From: Octopus bimaculoides
Taxonomy: Eukaryota
DNA: 64,000 bases
Direction: 5' to 3'
Assembly: GCF_001194135.2 (NCBI RefSeq)
Contig: NC_068983.1
Span: 163,026,760-163,090,759 of the forward strand
The notes under the pieces were generated by a model. The model ran no database searches and was not told the DNA's origin. It saw only the letters and a list, made by a program, of their open reading frames with translations. Each line of letters starts with the position of its first letter. Position 1 is the stretch's first letter. Below, piece after piece: positions 13,147-24,136 of this stretch. A program made the position numbers and the translations under genes.

Positions 13147-13630
13147 ATATATGCATACATCACCCACACACATGTATAAACATAGACAAATGAGTTTGCA
13201 TATATGTGCGTTTGTACATAGCCTGGACCCTTGACTAATTATATATTGTCTAGATTAATCCTGTTGCTTCATGTTTGAGAAAAGTCAACACAATCGAACC
13301 AATTATTTCTCGATAATTTAGTGCAATGCATCTTTTGTCCACTCACATGTTCTAACATGCTTTCTTTTAAAGCTACCGAACACTCTAGGTATTCACTCCA
13401 TCAATCAATCATTTTTGCTATTGAAATTGGAGTGCACATTGAATAGTTATTAATCTTCTGGACTCGTTTCCACACAGGGCAGTTGTTGAAGTGGTAGGCT
13501 TCCACCTTCATTAATTAAGCGAGTGTTGTGTCCAAAAAGTATTTAACAACCTTTTGCAGTTTCTTGTTGTAAAGAACTATTGGAACCGGTGCGAGAAGCA
13601 TCACAGACTGACCACGTTGTCCTATCCGTT

Positions 13631-13838
13631 ATTCTTTACTTTTTTCAGTTATTAAACTGCGGCCATGCTGGGGCAGTGTCTTCAAGTGAATTCTTAGTCA
13701 AGTAAACCGACACCATTCCCGTTTCTTTAAAAACCTGGTACTTATTCTATCCGAACTGTTACGTTATGGTGACATAAACACACAAACACCGGTTGTCAAG
13801 CAGTGATGGGGAACGAACATACACACAAAGGTATAAAG

Positions 13839-13869
<31 letters not shown>

Positions 13870-14050
13870 TTCACACACACACACATACAACGGGCTTCTT
13901 TCAGTTTCTTTCTACCTAGTCCACTCATAAGTCTTTAATTGGTCCGAGGCTATAAAAAAAGACACCTGACCAAGGTGCAACATCGTGGGACTGAACTCGG
14001 AATCATGTGGTCGGGAAGCAAACGTCTTACCACACAGCCACGCATGCGCC
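13631..14050 (-). mobile_element. CORE-type SINE (family A)
   Basis: Same head, body and tail as the 9221 copy. Confidence 0.87.
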
Positions 14051-14347
14051 TAAATCTTATAAAGAAATTTCCGCATGGTCTCACCACTTCTTAGATATAG
14101 TAGCTAAAAATCGAAGCATAATTGCCTATTGCTTTTTTAATGAAGGACTGTTTGATATCGTAATAAGAAAAGAGAATGTATAATTAGGAACAGGCAATGA
14201 TTCATCATAGGTTTATTAATCAAAGATGTCTTGTCTACAATCAATCCATTTACTGAAGAAATAAAAACGCTTAAATACGATCTACATTTGTAATTTCGAT
14301 TGGTCACTTGTTTCATTTTGCAATTTTACTTAAATCAATACTTGACA

Positions 14348-14350
<3 letters not shown>

Positions 14351-14382
<32 letters not shown>

Positions 14383-14575
14383 ATCTCTCTCTCTATTTAT
14401 CTGTCTATGCATGTACGTATGTATGTATCTATGTATCTATCTATCCAGTACCCATCCATCGATTCATCGATCGCTCGTTCGATCGCTCGATCCATCCATC
14501 CATCCATCCATCCATCCATCCATCCATCCATCCATCCATCCATCCATCAATATATCTGTCTGTCTGTCTGTCTGT

Positions 14576-14621
<46 letters not shown>

Positions 14622-14646
14622 GTCTGTCTGTCTGTCTGTCTGTCTG

Positions 14647-14723
<77 letters not shown>
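14351..14723. repeat. Compound microsatellite (CT)n, (CATC)n, (TCTG)n, (TATC)n
   Basis: Directly visible. Confidence 0.97.
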
Positions 14724-14968
14724 GCTTGAAGCATTTGTAATGAATGATATAGATCTTTTTATGAAAAACTTTTAAAACACTACAACTGACAAGCCAGGCA
14801 GAATATGTAAGGCGATGCCAATAAATCAGATAAAGACAAGATATCGCACTACCTTACACAGGTTCCTTAATATTTCTAATATATTTCGGGGAAGCTTCCC
14901 TTTGTCAAATATGAAATAGAAAATGAGTTCCAAATTAACATGTTATAATCGATAGACCATTCAGACAT

Positions 14969-15000
<32 letters not shown>

Positions 15001-15133
15001 NNNNNNNNNNNNNNNNNNNNNNNNNNNNNNNNNNNNNNNNNNNNNNNNNNNNNNNNNNNNNNNNNNNNNNNNNNNNNNNNNNNNNNNNNNNNNNNNNNNN
15101 NNNNNNNNNNNNNNNTGTATGTATGTGGGTGTG

Positions 15134-15165
<32 letters not shown>

Positions 15166-15170
<5 letters not shown>

Positions 15171-15322
15171 AAAAAGCAGCAAATTAAATCACAAAAACTG
15201 TTACTCAGAGTTTCACGTTCCCGTTCGTCGGACAGTTTTGTTTAAAACAAAACTGTGCAACGAACGGGATCGGGAAAATTCTGAGTAACAGTTTTTGTTA
15301 TATTTTTGCTGCTTTTCAATAA
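15166..15322. mobile_element. Palindromic fold-back of a Penelope-like pLTR with hammerhead motif
   Basis: ~73-78-bp inverted arms centred at 15244; the left arm folds as a hammerhead on the minus strand; AATAAA at ~15318. Confidence 0.7.
15194..15239 (-). ncRNA. Minimal type-I hammerhead ribozyme, CCGACGA core variant
   Basis: AAAACTGT-CCGACGA-ACGGGAACGT-GAAA-CTCTGAG-TA-ACAGTTTT: 8-bp stem I, stem II ACG/CGT, near-palindromic stem III, GUA cleavage triplet. Confidence 0.75.
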
Positions 15323-15804
15323 AGTATATTACTCTACCGCAGGTATTCGAGTACTATTTTTTCCAACTTGTTTCGCAATTATATTCATACAATTCACCAA
15401 GTTATACTGTCATTTCACCGACTACTACTCATTGTGCAACCTCCGTGTCTCAGTGTGCAACGGTGAGCTTCAGGATTACCTTTGTCTATCCACTTTCACT
15501 CGCTTTAAAAGGCTGCTGTTATTTCACTTACATTTAATGCTTCCATCAGACATCGGAGCACTGTCGATTCATATATGAGCTAAATATGATATTAAGAAGT
15601 GCTATTCATTGTATGTCCTAGCAAGTAATTATCTTTAGGGCCAATAACAGGTGGTGAAGTTTTCACAGAGGCATCGAGATGTCCCGTAAGGTATTTGTGC
15701 TAAACATTACATATCTCCTTCACATGATATTTATGAATTCCAGTCTTTGCATTTGGCTAATTCATATAGTCATAAAATCATAACACCAATTGCCTCATTT
15801 CACG

Positions 15805-15831
15805 TGTCTAACAACGCACACACACACGACA

Positions 15832-15862
<31 letters not shown>

Positions 15863-15865
15863 GCG

Positions 15866-15898
<33 letters not shown>

Positions 15899-16649
15899 GC
15901 GCACACGTACGTACGTATGTATGTGTGTGTGCATATATGAAAAAGTATTATAAATACAATAAAAAGTGTCTTCTACGTACGTTTCAACGTACGTTAGATG
16001 TTAAAGCAAAACAGTTCTTCAGATAATCACTTTATTGCACCGTTTACACAGATCAATATATATGGACACACACACAGACACATATACACACACATACACA
16101 CAAACACATTTATGTACAAATATACATACTTATTCGTATATATATATATAAACATATATATAAATGCACGCACACACACACACACACATATATACACATA
16201 TCTCTCTCTATATATACATATATGCATATATATATATACATGTATATATATGCATATATATACATATATATATATATGTACATATATATACATATATATA
16301 TATATATATANNNNNNNNNNNNNNNNNNNNNNNNNNNNNNNNNNNNNNNNNNNNNNNNNNNNNNNNNNNNNNNNNNNNNNNNNNNNNNNNNNNNNNNNNN
16401 NNNNNNNNNNNNNNNNNNNNNNNNNNNNNNNNNNNNNNNNNNNNNNNNNNNNNNNNNNNNNNNNNNNNNNNNNNNNNNNNNNNNNNNNNNNNNNNNNNNN
16501 NNNNNNNNNNNNNNNNNNNNNNNNNNNNNNNNNNNNNNNNNNNNNNNNNNNNNNNNNNNNNNNNNNNNNNNNNNNNNNNNNNNNNNNNNNNNNNNNNNNN
16601 NNNNNNNNNNNNNNNNNNNNNNNNNNNNNNNNNNNNNNNNNNNNNNNNN

Positions 16650-16696
<47 letters not shown>

Positions 16697-16775
16697 TATA
16701 TATATATATTTATACACATACGCACACACTCCCCCTCTCTCTCCCCTCCACACACATATATATATATTTCATTAT
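15805..16775. repeat. (CA)n/(TA)n microsatellite tract with assembly gap
   Basis: Directly visible; N-run 16311-16649. Confidence 0.9.
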
Positions 16776-17851
16776 AGAACTTGATAACGTAGCGGCTAAT
16801 GTGAGTCCTATGTGATAACACTATTGGAAGCTGCTGTCAGTTACATGACATGACTATCAAGGCACACGTCACTAATGTTTACATATGCTACGATTTCGTA
16901 GTCTTTGCATTAATTGATTTCCTTTTCTGTCTTCCCGTCCAATGAACAATGCAATTTCTGTTCGAAATCTGCGTGATTGTTGTAATGCCCTTTGACTTGA
17001 CAAAAAGTCGTAAATATAAAAGAAACAGGCAGAAATTATTGGAATCGCAAAGAACGTATTAAACTCAGTGAAGGAGATGAGCAGTTTGAAAACGTGTTTC
17101 GCTCTCTTTGGTCACTTCTATATTTCTCATTACTATACAGTTATCTCCCTTCTTTTGCAATGAAAACACCTGCTAGGAGTCGTCGGAAGTAACATTTATT
17201 CATGAGTAATTAAAATACACAACGAAAACATACATGCATAGTAAATGCTTAAAGGAGAATCTGGATAAACCGGTTAATTCGTACATTACAAGTGCAAACT
17301 ATGAGTGGAACAGTAAATATATGCAAGACTTTTCTCAAATTTAAAATGTGCAATTGATTTTGTTAACGACAATCCAATACTGGAGCTTTGTATCTTTGTT
17401 AGAAACCAGCAGCTTTCTCAGAGGAAGAATCTAAATAATTAAAAACAGGAGAGGGCATACATACATGCACTCATACACACTCAGTGCACATAGATATTAA
17501 TAATAATAAAAATAATTAATACAAAAGTATACTGCCAACGTTATGATAAGTAACACGGTAATACATCCATCCATCCATACATCCATACCTACAAGGCGGC
17601 GAGCTGGCAGAAACGTTAGCAGGCCGGGTGAAATGCTTAGCGGTATTTCGTCTGCTNNNNNNNNNNNNNNNNNNNNNNNNNNNNNNNNNNNNNNNNNNNN
17701 NNNNNNNNNNNNNNNNNNNNNNNNNNNNNNNNNNNNNNNNNNNNNNNNNNNNNNNNNNNNNNNNNNNNNNNNNNNNNNNNNNNNNNNNNNNNCCAACGTT
17801 ATGATAAGTAACACGGTAATACATCCATCCATCCATACATCCATACCTACA

Positions 17852-18048
17852 AGGCGGCGAGCTGGCAGAAACGTTAGCAGGCCGGGTGAAATGCTTAGCG
17901 GTATTTCGTCTGCTTTTATGTTCTGAATTCAAATTCCGCCTTTCATCCTTTCGGGATCGATAAATTAAGTACCAGTTACGTACTGAGGTTGATCTAATCG
18001 ACTGCCCCCCTCCCCAAAAATGTTGTGCCCTGTGCCTAGAGTAGAAAG
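17852..18048 (+). mobile_element. SINE family B (GGCGAGCTGGCAGAA head; Meta-like central domain)
   Basis: A-box-like TGGCAGAAACGTTAG, B-box-like GAATTCAAATTCC, CTTTCATCCTTTCGGGATCGATAAATTAAGTACCAG core and TGTGCCTAGAGTAGAAAG tail. Its 5' part is duplicated at 17594-17656 across a gap. Confidence 0.85.
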
Positions 18049-18119
18049 TATACATACATACATATATATATACATATATATACATACATGCCTATGTGCA
18101 TACATAGTTACATACTACG

Positions 18120-18640
18120 AACTCGAAGCGACAAATCGCGTATTTGGCGTGGGAGACTATTTATCGAAAAATACGATGAATATTATCTCCAACTTTGGAG
18201 CCACAACTATCGGCCTTCTTAAATGACTGGTTAATCTTTAGATAAATTAACTGGGGGAGCCTTTTATTCACGATCGTAGCGATTTTCGATTGAAACTTGA
18301 ATTTAGTATGCAGAGAGTTACTACAAACGACATGGCTGGACACAACATCAACAACACAAACGAGGAACAGAACGAAAACAACAGCTGAACTGGTAAACAA
18401 ATTCTTTCTAGCTTTCTATGAGTTACAAAACTCATTTCTCTTGGAGTTCTGAATTGAATACTGATCTATTCAACTGCTACAAAAAAACGAAACAAAACCC
18501 TGCTGTTGGCTATATGAATCGATTGAAATCATATTGGGACGATCTGTATCCAGAATTAAATCATTTTACTGCGAAGCAACTACGCTAACAAGACACATTT
18601 GTAGAACATAGAAAAATCGAAAGTTATCCTTCTTTCCAAC
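18120..18640 (+). mobile_element. R4/Dong-like retrotransposon 5' fragment
   Basis: ELNTDLFNCYKKTKQNPAVGYMNRLKSYWDDLYPELNHFTAKQLR*Q resembles the R4/Dong N-terminal domain (recalled); preceded by a TACA-rich tract. Confidence 0.65.
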
Positions 18641-18817
18641 TCTACAAACAAAAACGAAAACGTGAATGATGTAAGACCACCACGTGGTTTCGCAGCTTGC
18701 AACATTCCAACAGATTCCATAGTGCCTGCCAGCCAAACTACATTACTGGCCCAAGTAACGGACCACTGTCCCCTTACTACGACTATGGTAAATAGCAGGC
18801 ACAACCGCAACGATTAT

Positions 18818-18818
18818 T

Positions 18819-18865
<47 letters not shown>

Positions 18866-18866
18866 C
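18818..18866. repeat. (TAG)n microsatellite
   Basis: Directly visible. Confidence 0.95.
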
Positions 18867-19357
18867 AGGATTAAATACCGGTGAAATGTGCCCTTACTGA
18901 AATTTTCTGAGGAAAAATAACTTTGGCTTTGAAGTACTCCCTCGAGGGGAGAGTATTCTCTACCAAAATAAGTAAAAAAAACCACCGGTATTAAAATACA
19001 AACAAAAATAGCCTGTTGTTGATGTTGAAATTTCAATGNNNNNNNNNNNNNNNNNNNNNNNNNNNNNNNNNNNNNNNNNNNNNNNNNNNNNNNNNNNNNN
19101 NNNNNNNNNNNNNNNNNNNNNNNNNNNNNNNNNNNNNNNNNNNNNNNNNNNNNNNNNNNNNNNNNNNNNNNNNNNNNNNNNNNNNNNNNNNNNNNNNNNN
19201 NNNNNNNNNNNNNNNNNNNNNNNNNNNNNNNATATATGGCAATTATTTAAATTGTTATAATGTTTTGTTTTATGCACAATTGAATATATAGACAACTGAA
19301 GCTAAATTCCTGCTTCAAAAGAAAGTGTAGTTAAATAGACAAAGAAAGGAGGGGATG

Positions 19358-19392
<35 letters not shown>

Positions 19393-19997
19393 TACTTCAG
19401 ATATAATCAACAAATTCACCTGAGTACACCAAAACTTTGTATAAGCAAAAGCATTTTACTTGTAGCATTTTGCTGGAAGTTTTAACGACTTCATAATTTG
19501 TTGAACATCGGGTACACAGTGCATAGTTTTCATTAATTCAACGAGATAATCCTTGAAAAGTGAATGCTTGTGTGAAGTGGAAAATTATAACATCTAATGT
19601 TATGATAATTTCTACATCTGGTGATTATCAATGCGATGTATACATAATGGTTATAAAACGTGGTGTTTTGCAACAAATAGACAGCTATTTTTGATTTTAG
19701 AATCCAAACAATAAAAACCCAGTGACTACACATGAATTTTAAACAAATATGTTATATGTATGGAAGCTCAGCTGAAAACAGCATAGTGTTAAATACAATA
19801 TATAATATCGTGAGTTAACACCTCAGAAAACTGCTTCAAGCAGCTTATTGTTCATGAAATAGAAAAGTTGCATGTAAATCCTGCCTAATCCTGAGAAATT
19901 CTTATTAATTCTAAATTGCTAATGTTTAAGTTCGATAGCTTTGTTGTACTGGAATGAACTTTGAAATAGCTTTTCTCTGTAACGTAACAACAAGGAT

Positions 19998-20104
19998 GAT
20001 ACAGTTCTATATTTAAGAGATGAGGAATTATTTATATCAGCCGAATGTTGTGTTAACAACAAACAAGATGAGGACAAATATCCGTCAAATGTAAATAATG
20101 TAAA
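19998..20104. mobile_element. Penelope-like pLTR remnant with inverted 5' segment
   Basis: Two blocks that are collinear at 58552-58650 occur here as reverse-complemented block B followed by block A; CAGCCGAA may be a stem II/GAAA remnant. Confidence 0.45.
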
Positions 20105-21109
20105 GAATGTAAGAAGAATGATATTATAAGAGACTGCGTTATGAAAATATTGAAAAGTTAAGAAAACGAAAATTTTAAAAAATTATGTGAAGACTCACTT
20201 TCAAGATATGTTTCCTCACGACAGACAAAATATTTCCAATAATACCAGAAAATAAATTTGGCAAGTAATATAATCATTTATTGGAGCCTGGTGAGAAATG
20301 ATGTACTAGAATACTGGTACTGATCAGTGATAGAAAGAAGTATGAAAATATGAAACAAATCCTGTAATTTGTAGAAATGAAGTTTTCCATTTCACCTTGA
20401 CATTTGGAACATGTGTTATCAAAAACATGGAGTTGATATATTTTATAACATATCTACACTCTGTCGGTGCCGATTAAAATGCGTAAACAACGTGCCAAAA
20501 CGTGGAGTGCAATAAATACTTATTTTCAAAAAGCATTATTCATTTCGTTTTATAAAGGCATCCGCCATTGATTGAAACAATGTTGACTCTCCCGCCCTCC
20601 TTGCGACACACTAGAATAGCCCGCAGGCAACAATATATACCTCCGAACTCTCTCTGTTTTTCCTTGCATTCGAGAAGAGGAACTTACCCGAAATATTGAA
20701 GGACCATTAAAGAACCCATGTAATGCAATACTATATATTTCCGCTATGGTTTCATTTACTCATATCAACTTATATATTTTGACTAACATTTCACCTGCAT
20801 AGCTCACATTTTTCCAGTCGTGTATATTATTCAAATCTTATTTCCTATCTGATCGACTCTTGCCGATGAAGATCTCCCTAAGTCCTCTCCTTTCTAGTGA
20901 ATATAATGCAAAAATAATCTTTGTTTCCACAAGTTTGGGTAATTAATGTCCTCCAAACTACCATATCTCTAGACTATCAAAGTATTACAATATTTTCAAT
21001 ATTTCAATAATTCTCTTTACAAAATCAATAACAACGTAAAAAGAAAAACTTAAGTTTTCAACAGTTTTATTCTTTATAATCTGATGAAGTAACGTCACCG
21101 TAAATAAAG

Positions 21110-21433
21110 ACTGGCACTCCGTCGTTTGCGACGACGAAGGTTCCACTTGATCCGATCATCGGAACAACCTGATCGTGAAATTAACGTGCAAGTGGCTGAG
21201 CACTCCACAGAGACACGCGTACGCTTAACGTCGTTGTCAGGGACACTCAGCGTGACACAGGGTGTGCCAAGGCTGCTCCTTCGTAATGCTGGTACTATTC
21301 ATTTTTCTCAGCTGAGTGGACTGGCGCAACATGAAATAAAGTGTCTTCTTAAAAGACAGAATGTCCCGCCAGCTATTGAACTCCCGACCTTAACGATCAT
21401 GAATCGAATACACTAACCACTCACCCACGCACC
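21110..21433 (-). mobile_element. tRNA-derived SINE (family C tail, CORE/Meta-like middle)
   Basis: The reverse strand has a tRNA-like head, AAGACACTTTATTTCATGTTGCGCCAGTCCACTCAGCTG and the GTCGCAAACGACGGAGT tail. Confidence 0.82.
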
Positions 21434-22069
21434 TTCACTTGTAACAATAGCACTTATATAAAATATGACATGCTCAGGTGTTGAGCGATAATTCGAATTG
21501 AGGCAAATGCTTGAAAGATCAAGTTGCGTTTCACCAAACAGTTCAGTGCTTTACTGTTTACTAAAACATATATCAGCAATGCCCTGAGGCTCACTGGATT
21601 ATAAACCATCATCTATAAATTGGACTTTAGTAAAAGTAAGATAATCCATGAGGTAGATTTATTGTTTTTGGTAGCAACAAAAGGACAAAACAGATCTCAG
21701 CTCGAAACCTTTGCTATGCAAATGCATCGTTTAAAGTATTTTATGATTCACGATTTCCTTGTTCAGTGGAGTCGAGTTTGAGTTTTACTCTTTGTCTTGG
21801 ATGCCATATCAGCGTCGGAATTATGAGTCATTTTGCCTCAGAGTGAATTCTGTATGATGCTATTTTAACATTAAGGACAACGTTGACTATTATTCAGGAT
21901 TGAATCCAGTGGCCAATTGTTTTTATTGCTTCGTTGACTCGCTAAATAATCTTGAAGAGTTGAAACTCAATTGATTCATCCGAAATTTCTGAATGTATTA
22001 TTCGACCATGGAGCTGCACATGGACATTTTACCTTCAAGTGTTTTCTCTCTCTCTCTCTCCCCCCTCTC

Positions 22070-22121
<52 letters not shown>

Positions 22122-23424
22122 GACTACAGAACATTGGATTTAGCTGAGGACATCGGACTGCATGTATTATAATTAGAACGGTTCGTTAGTCTTCTTAATT
22201 ATTCCAATTCCATTCCTCAAGGTGACCATAAAACAGCAACCAGTAATATATTGAAAGGAAAATACATTTTCTCTCCGATAATTAATTTTTCGCTTCGTCA
22301 AAAGCGATCAATATCTCAGCTATGGAAATTTCGAAAGGAAACATCACTTAAATTTGAAATATTTATATTTTAACGCATATCCACACCTTTATAAATATAC
22401 ATCAACACAAACGCACATTACTCACAAAAGCGTGTATAAAATATTTATAACAAACGTCAAAAACTGTAATTTATCAAAATCAAAATAAAATAAAAACCAA
22501 TCGATTCTATAGATTGTAATGACTAAGAGTAATATCATTTTGAATTATGATTTACAATATATACTTTCAATAGTTAATTTATCACTATTTATCTATTCAC
22601 TGGGACGTAAAAGTTCACTAATATTTTGTAAACTTTAACTCACCTCACCCAACATATATATCTGTCGATGGAAAACAAAAAAGATTTGAACGAACCACCA
22701 GAAGAATAGGTTTAAAATATTAGCAATATTTATGCTCTCTGTCAAACACATTAATTGTTTTGTCTGATACACTGTGTAATAACAATACGATAATATCTAA
22801 ATGTGCCACATAGCTTTTCATTGTACAGGTTAGAATGGTCATGTAAAAAAAATGTTGAGGGCTTCATTGTTTGTGTTGATTTCGCAGATGTTAAGCTGTA
22901 GTTAGTGTCTGAAAAGAGATGGTGACTCTTTATAGAAATAATAAAGAGAAGCCATTGTGTAAGACTGAAAAGGATGTTAAACTTATACTTACAAGAATTC
23001 GTATGCTTGGAAGGTGGAAGATCTCATTTTTCATTGATAAACATCTACATAACAATTTTTCATTGAAACGCTTATCCGAGACATATAGACAGTTGTTTTT
23101 AATGAGAAATAACTGGTCAATAAACAATGGAGTATGCATGATATCAATTACCAGTCGACCACAGTAAGAAATAAAATAAGAATCGAGCAGAAATATGTAA
23201 TAAGATGTTCACTTGACAGCTGGCGTGCTGTTACTTGCTGTGTTCCGTGTTCTAAAGATGATTCTTCCTTAATGCTTGTTGAACTGTGTGGAACTAAACC
23301 TGTTTAACGCGCTAGTACGAAGCCATTTGAATCGAAGTTTAAATACATGATATTGGAAGTCAATACATTCGTATCCTTTCACGCAGACGGGTGATATTCA
23401 GTTCCATTGTTGTGTCAACACTGA

Positions 23425-23484
23425 TTTCACTGAAGAGACAGACAATTATTGAATTGTTCATGTCGAAACCTTAAAGTATAGAAT
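23425..23484 (+). ncRNA. Type-I hammerhead ribozyme (CTGAAGA core) in a Penelope-like pLTR remnant
   Basis: CTGAAGA at 23430-23436, stem II GACA..ACAATT/AATTGT..TGTC, GAAA at 23465-68, near-palindromic stem III CCTTAAAG, GUA triplet; one mismatch each in stems I and III. Confidence 0.65.
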
Positions 23485-23564
23485 TAAATGCTATGTTTAT
23501 TTCTGTTCATTTGTCCAACTCGTAAACGTCTAGCGTCTTACTAAGCTGAGAACACAGATTTAGT

Positions 23565-23790
23565 GTGATAGTATGTTGTTAACTTAATGTGACAATCCCA
23601 TAAAAGGTAAGAATGCTACTGGTATTTAGCTCTAGGAAACACCGTTTCCTGTTGGGTTTGACACATTTCCTGTGTCCTTATGTTTTCAAAGTGGAGATAA
23701 GCACCTCCACCCAGCAAAATCAGCATCCAGAGACTAGTTTCAGAGTCATTGCTCCTCATCAGTCTAGTGTAGCATGGCTTGCTAGCTTAG
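23565..23790 (-). mobile_element. Penelope-like pseudo-LTR with hammerhead
   Basis: About 88% identical by eye to 26817-27041 in inverted orientation; contains a minimal hammerhead. Confidence 0.75.
23727..23767 (-). ncRNA. Minimal type-I hammerhead ribozyme, catalytic core intact
   Basis: CTAGA-CTGATGA-GGAGCAATGACTCT-GAAA-CTAG-TC-TCTGG: palindromic stem III (ACTAGT) and GUC triplet; predicted cut between 23732 and 23731. Confidence 0.85.
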
Positions 23791-24078
23791 CTTAATTCTT
23801 TATTACAGGCACAAGGCCTAATTACAGAGTGGACATACAAAGATATGCGCGAACAAAAAACACACGAAAGGATGAATGTGAAATGAATAAAATTACAATG
23901 CAGATGAGATGGTCATCTCGCTCCCGCTGCGAGAGGAAATCGTGGATTCCTTTTCCTAAAAACCTTTTCATTTTACATAACTACTAGCCTCGCTCCGAGG
24001 CGAAACCGTGACTTCCCTTTTCGCTTTTACTCTACAATTATAAACCTTTTAAACAGGATTTACTTATTTTCTTTTCCT
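23772..24078 (-). repeat. Terminal direct repeat, 3' copy
   Basis: Roughly 85-90% identical to 26407-26711; AATAAA near its 3' end and GCCTCG/CGAGGC hairpin. Confidence 0.93.
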
Positions 24079-24136
24079 TTTTTAAACCAAATGCTTTTCA
24101 CAGTATTTTCATCGTAACTTTTGAAAACCTGTTCAT

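Noticed and set aside
17535-17914. ~120-bp direct repeat containing a SINE head
   Set aside because: Identical copies on either side of an N-gap; an assembly overlap.
20684-20730. Minus-strand GTAAGT donor with a short upstream frame (IALHGFFNGPSIFR)
   Set aside because: No polypyrimidine acceptor and no supporting neighbouring exons.
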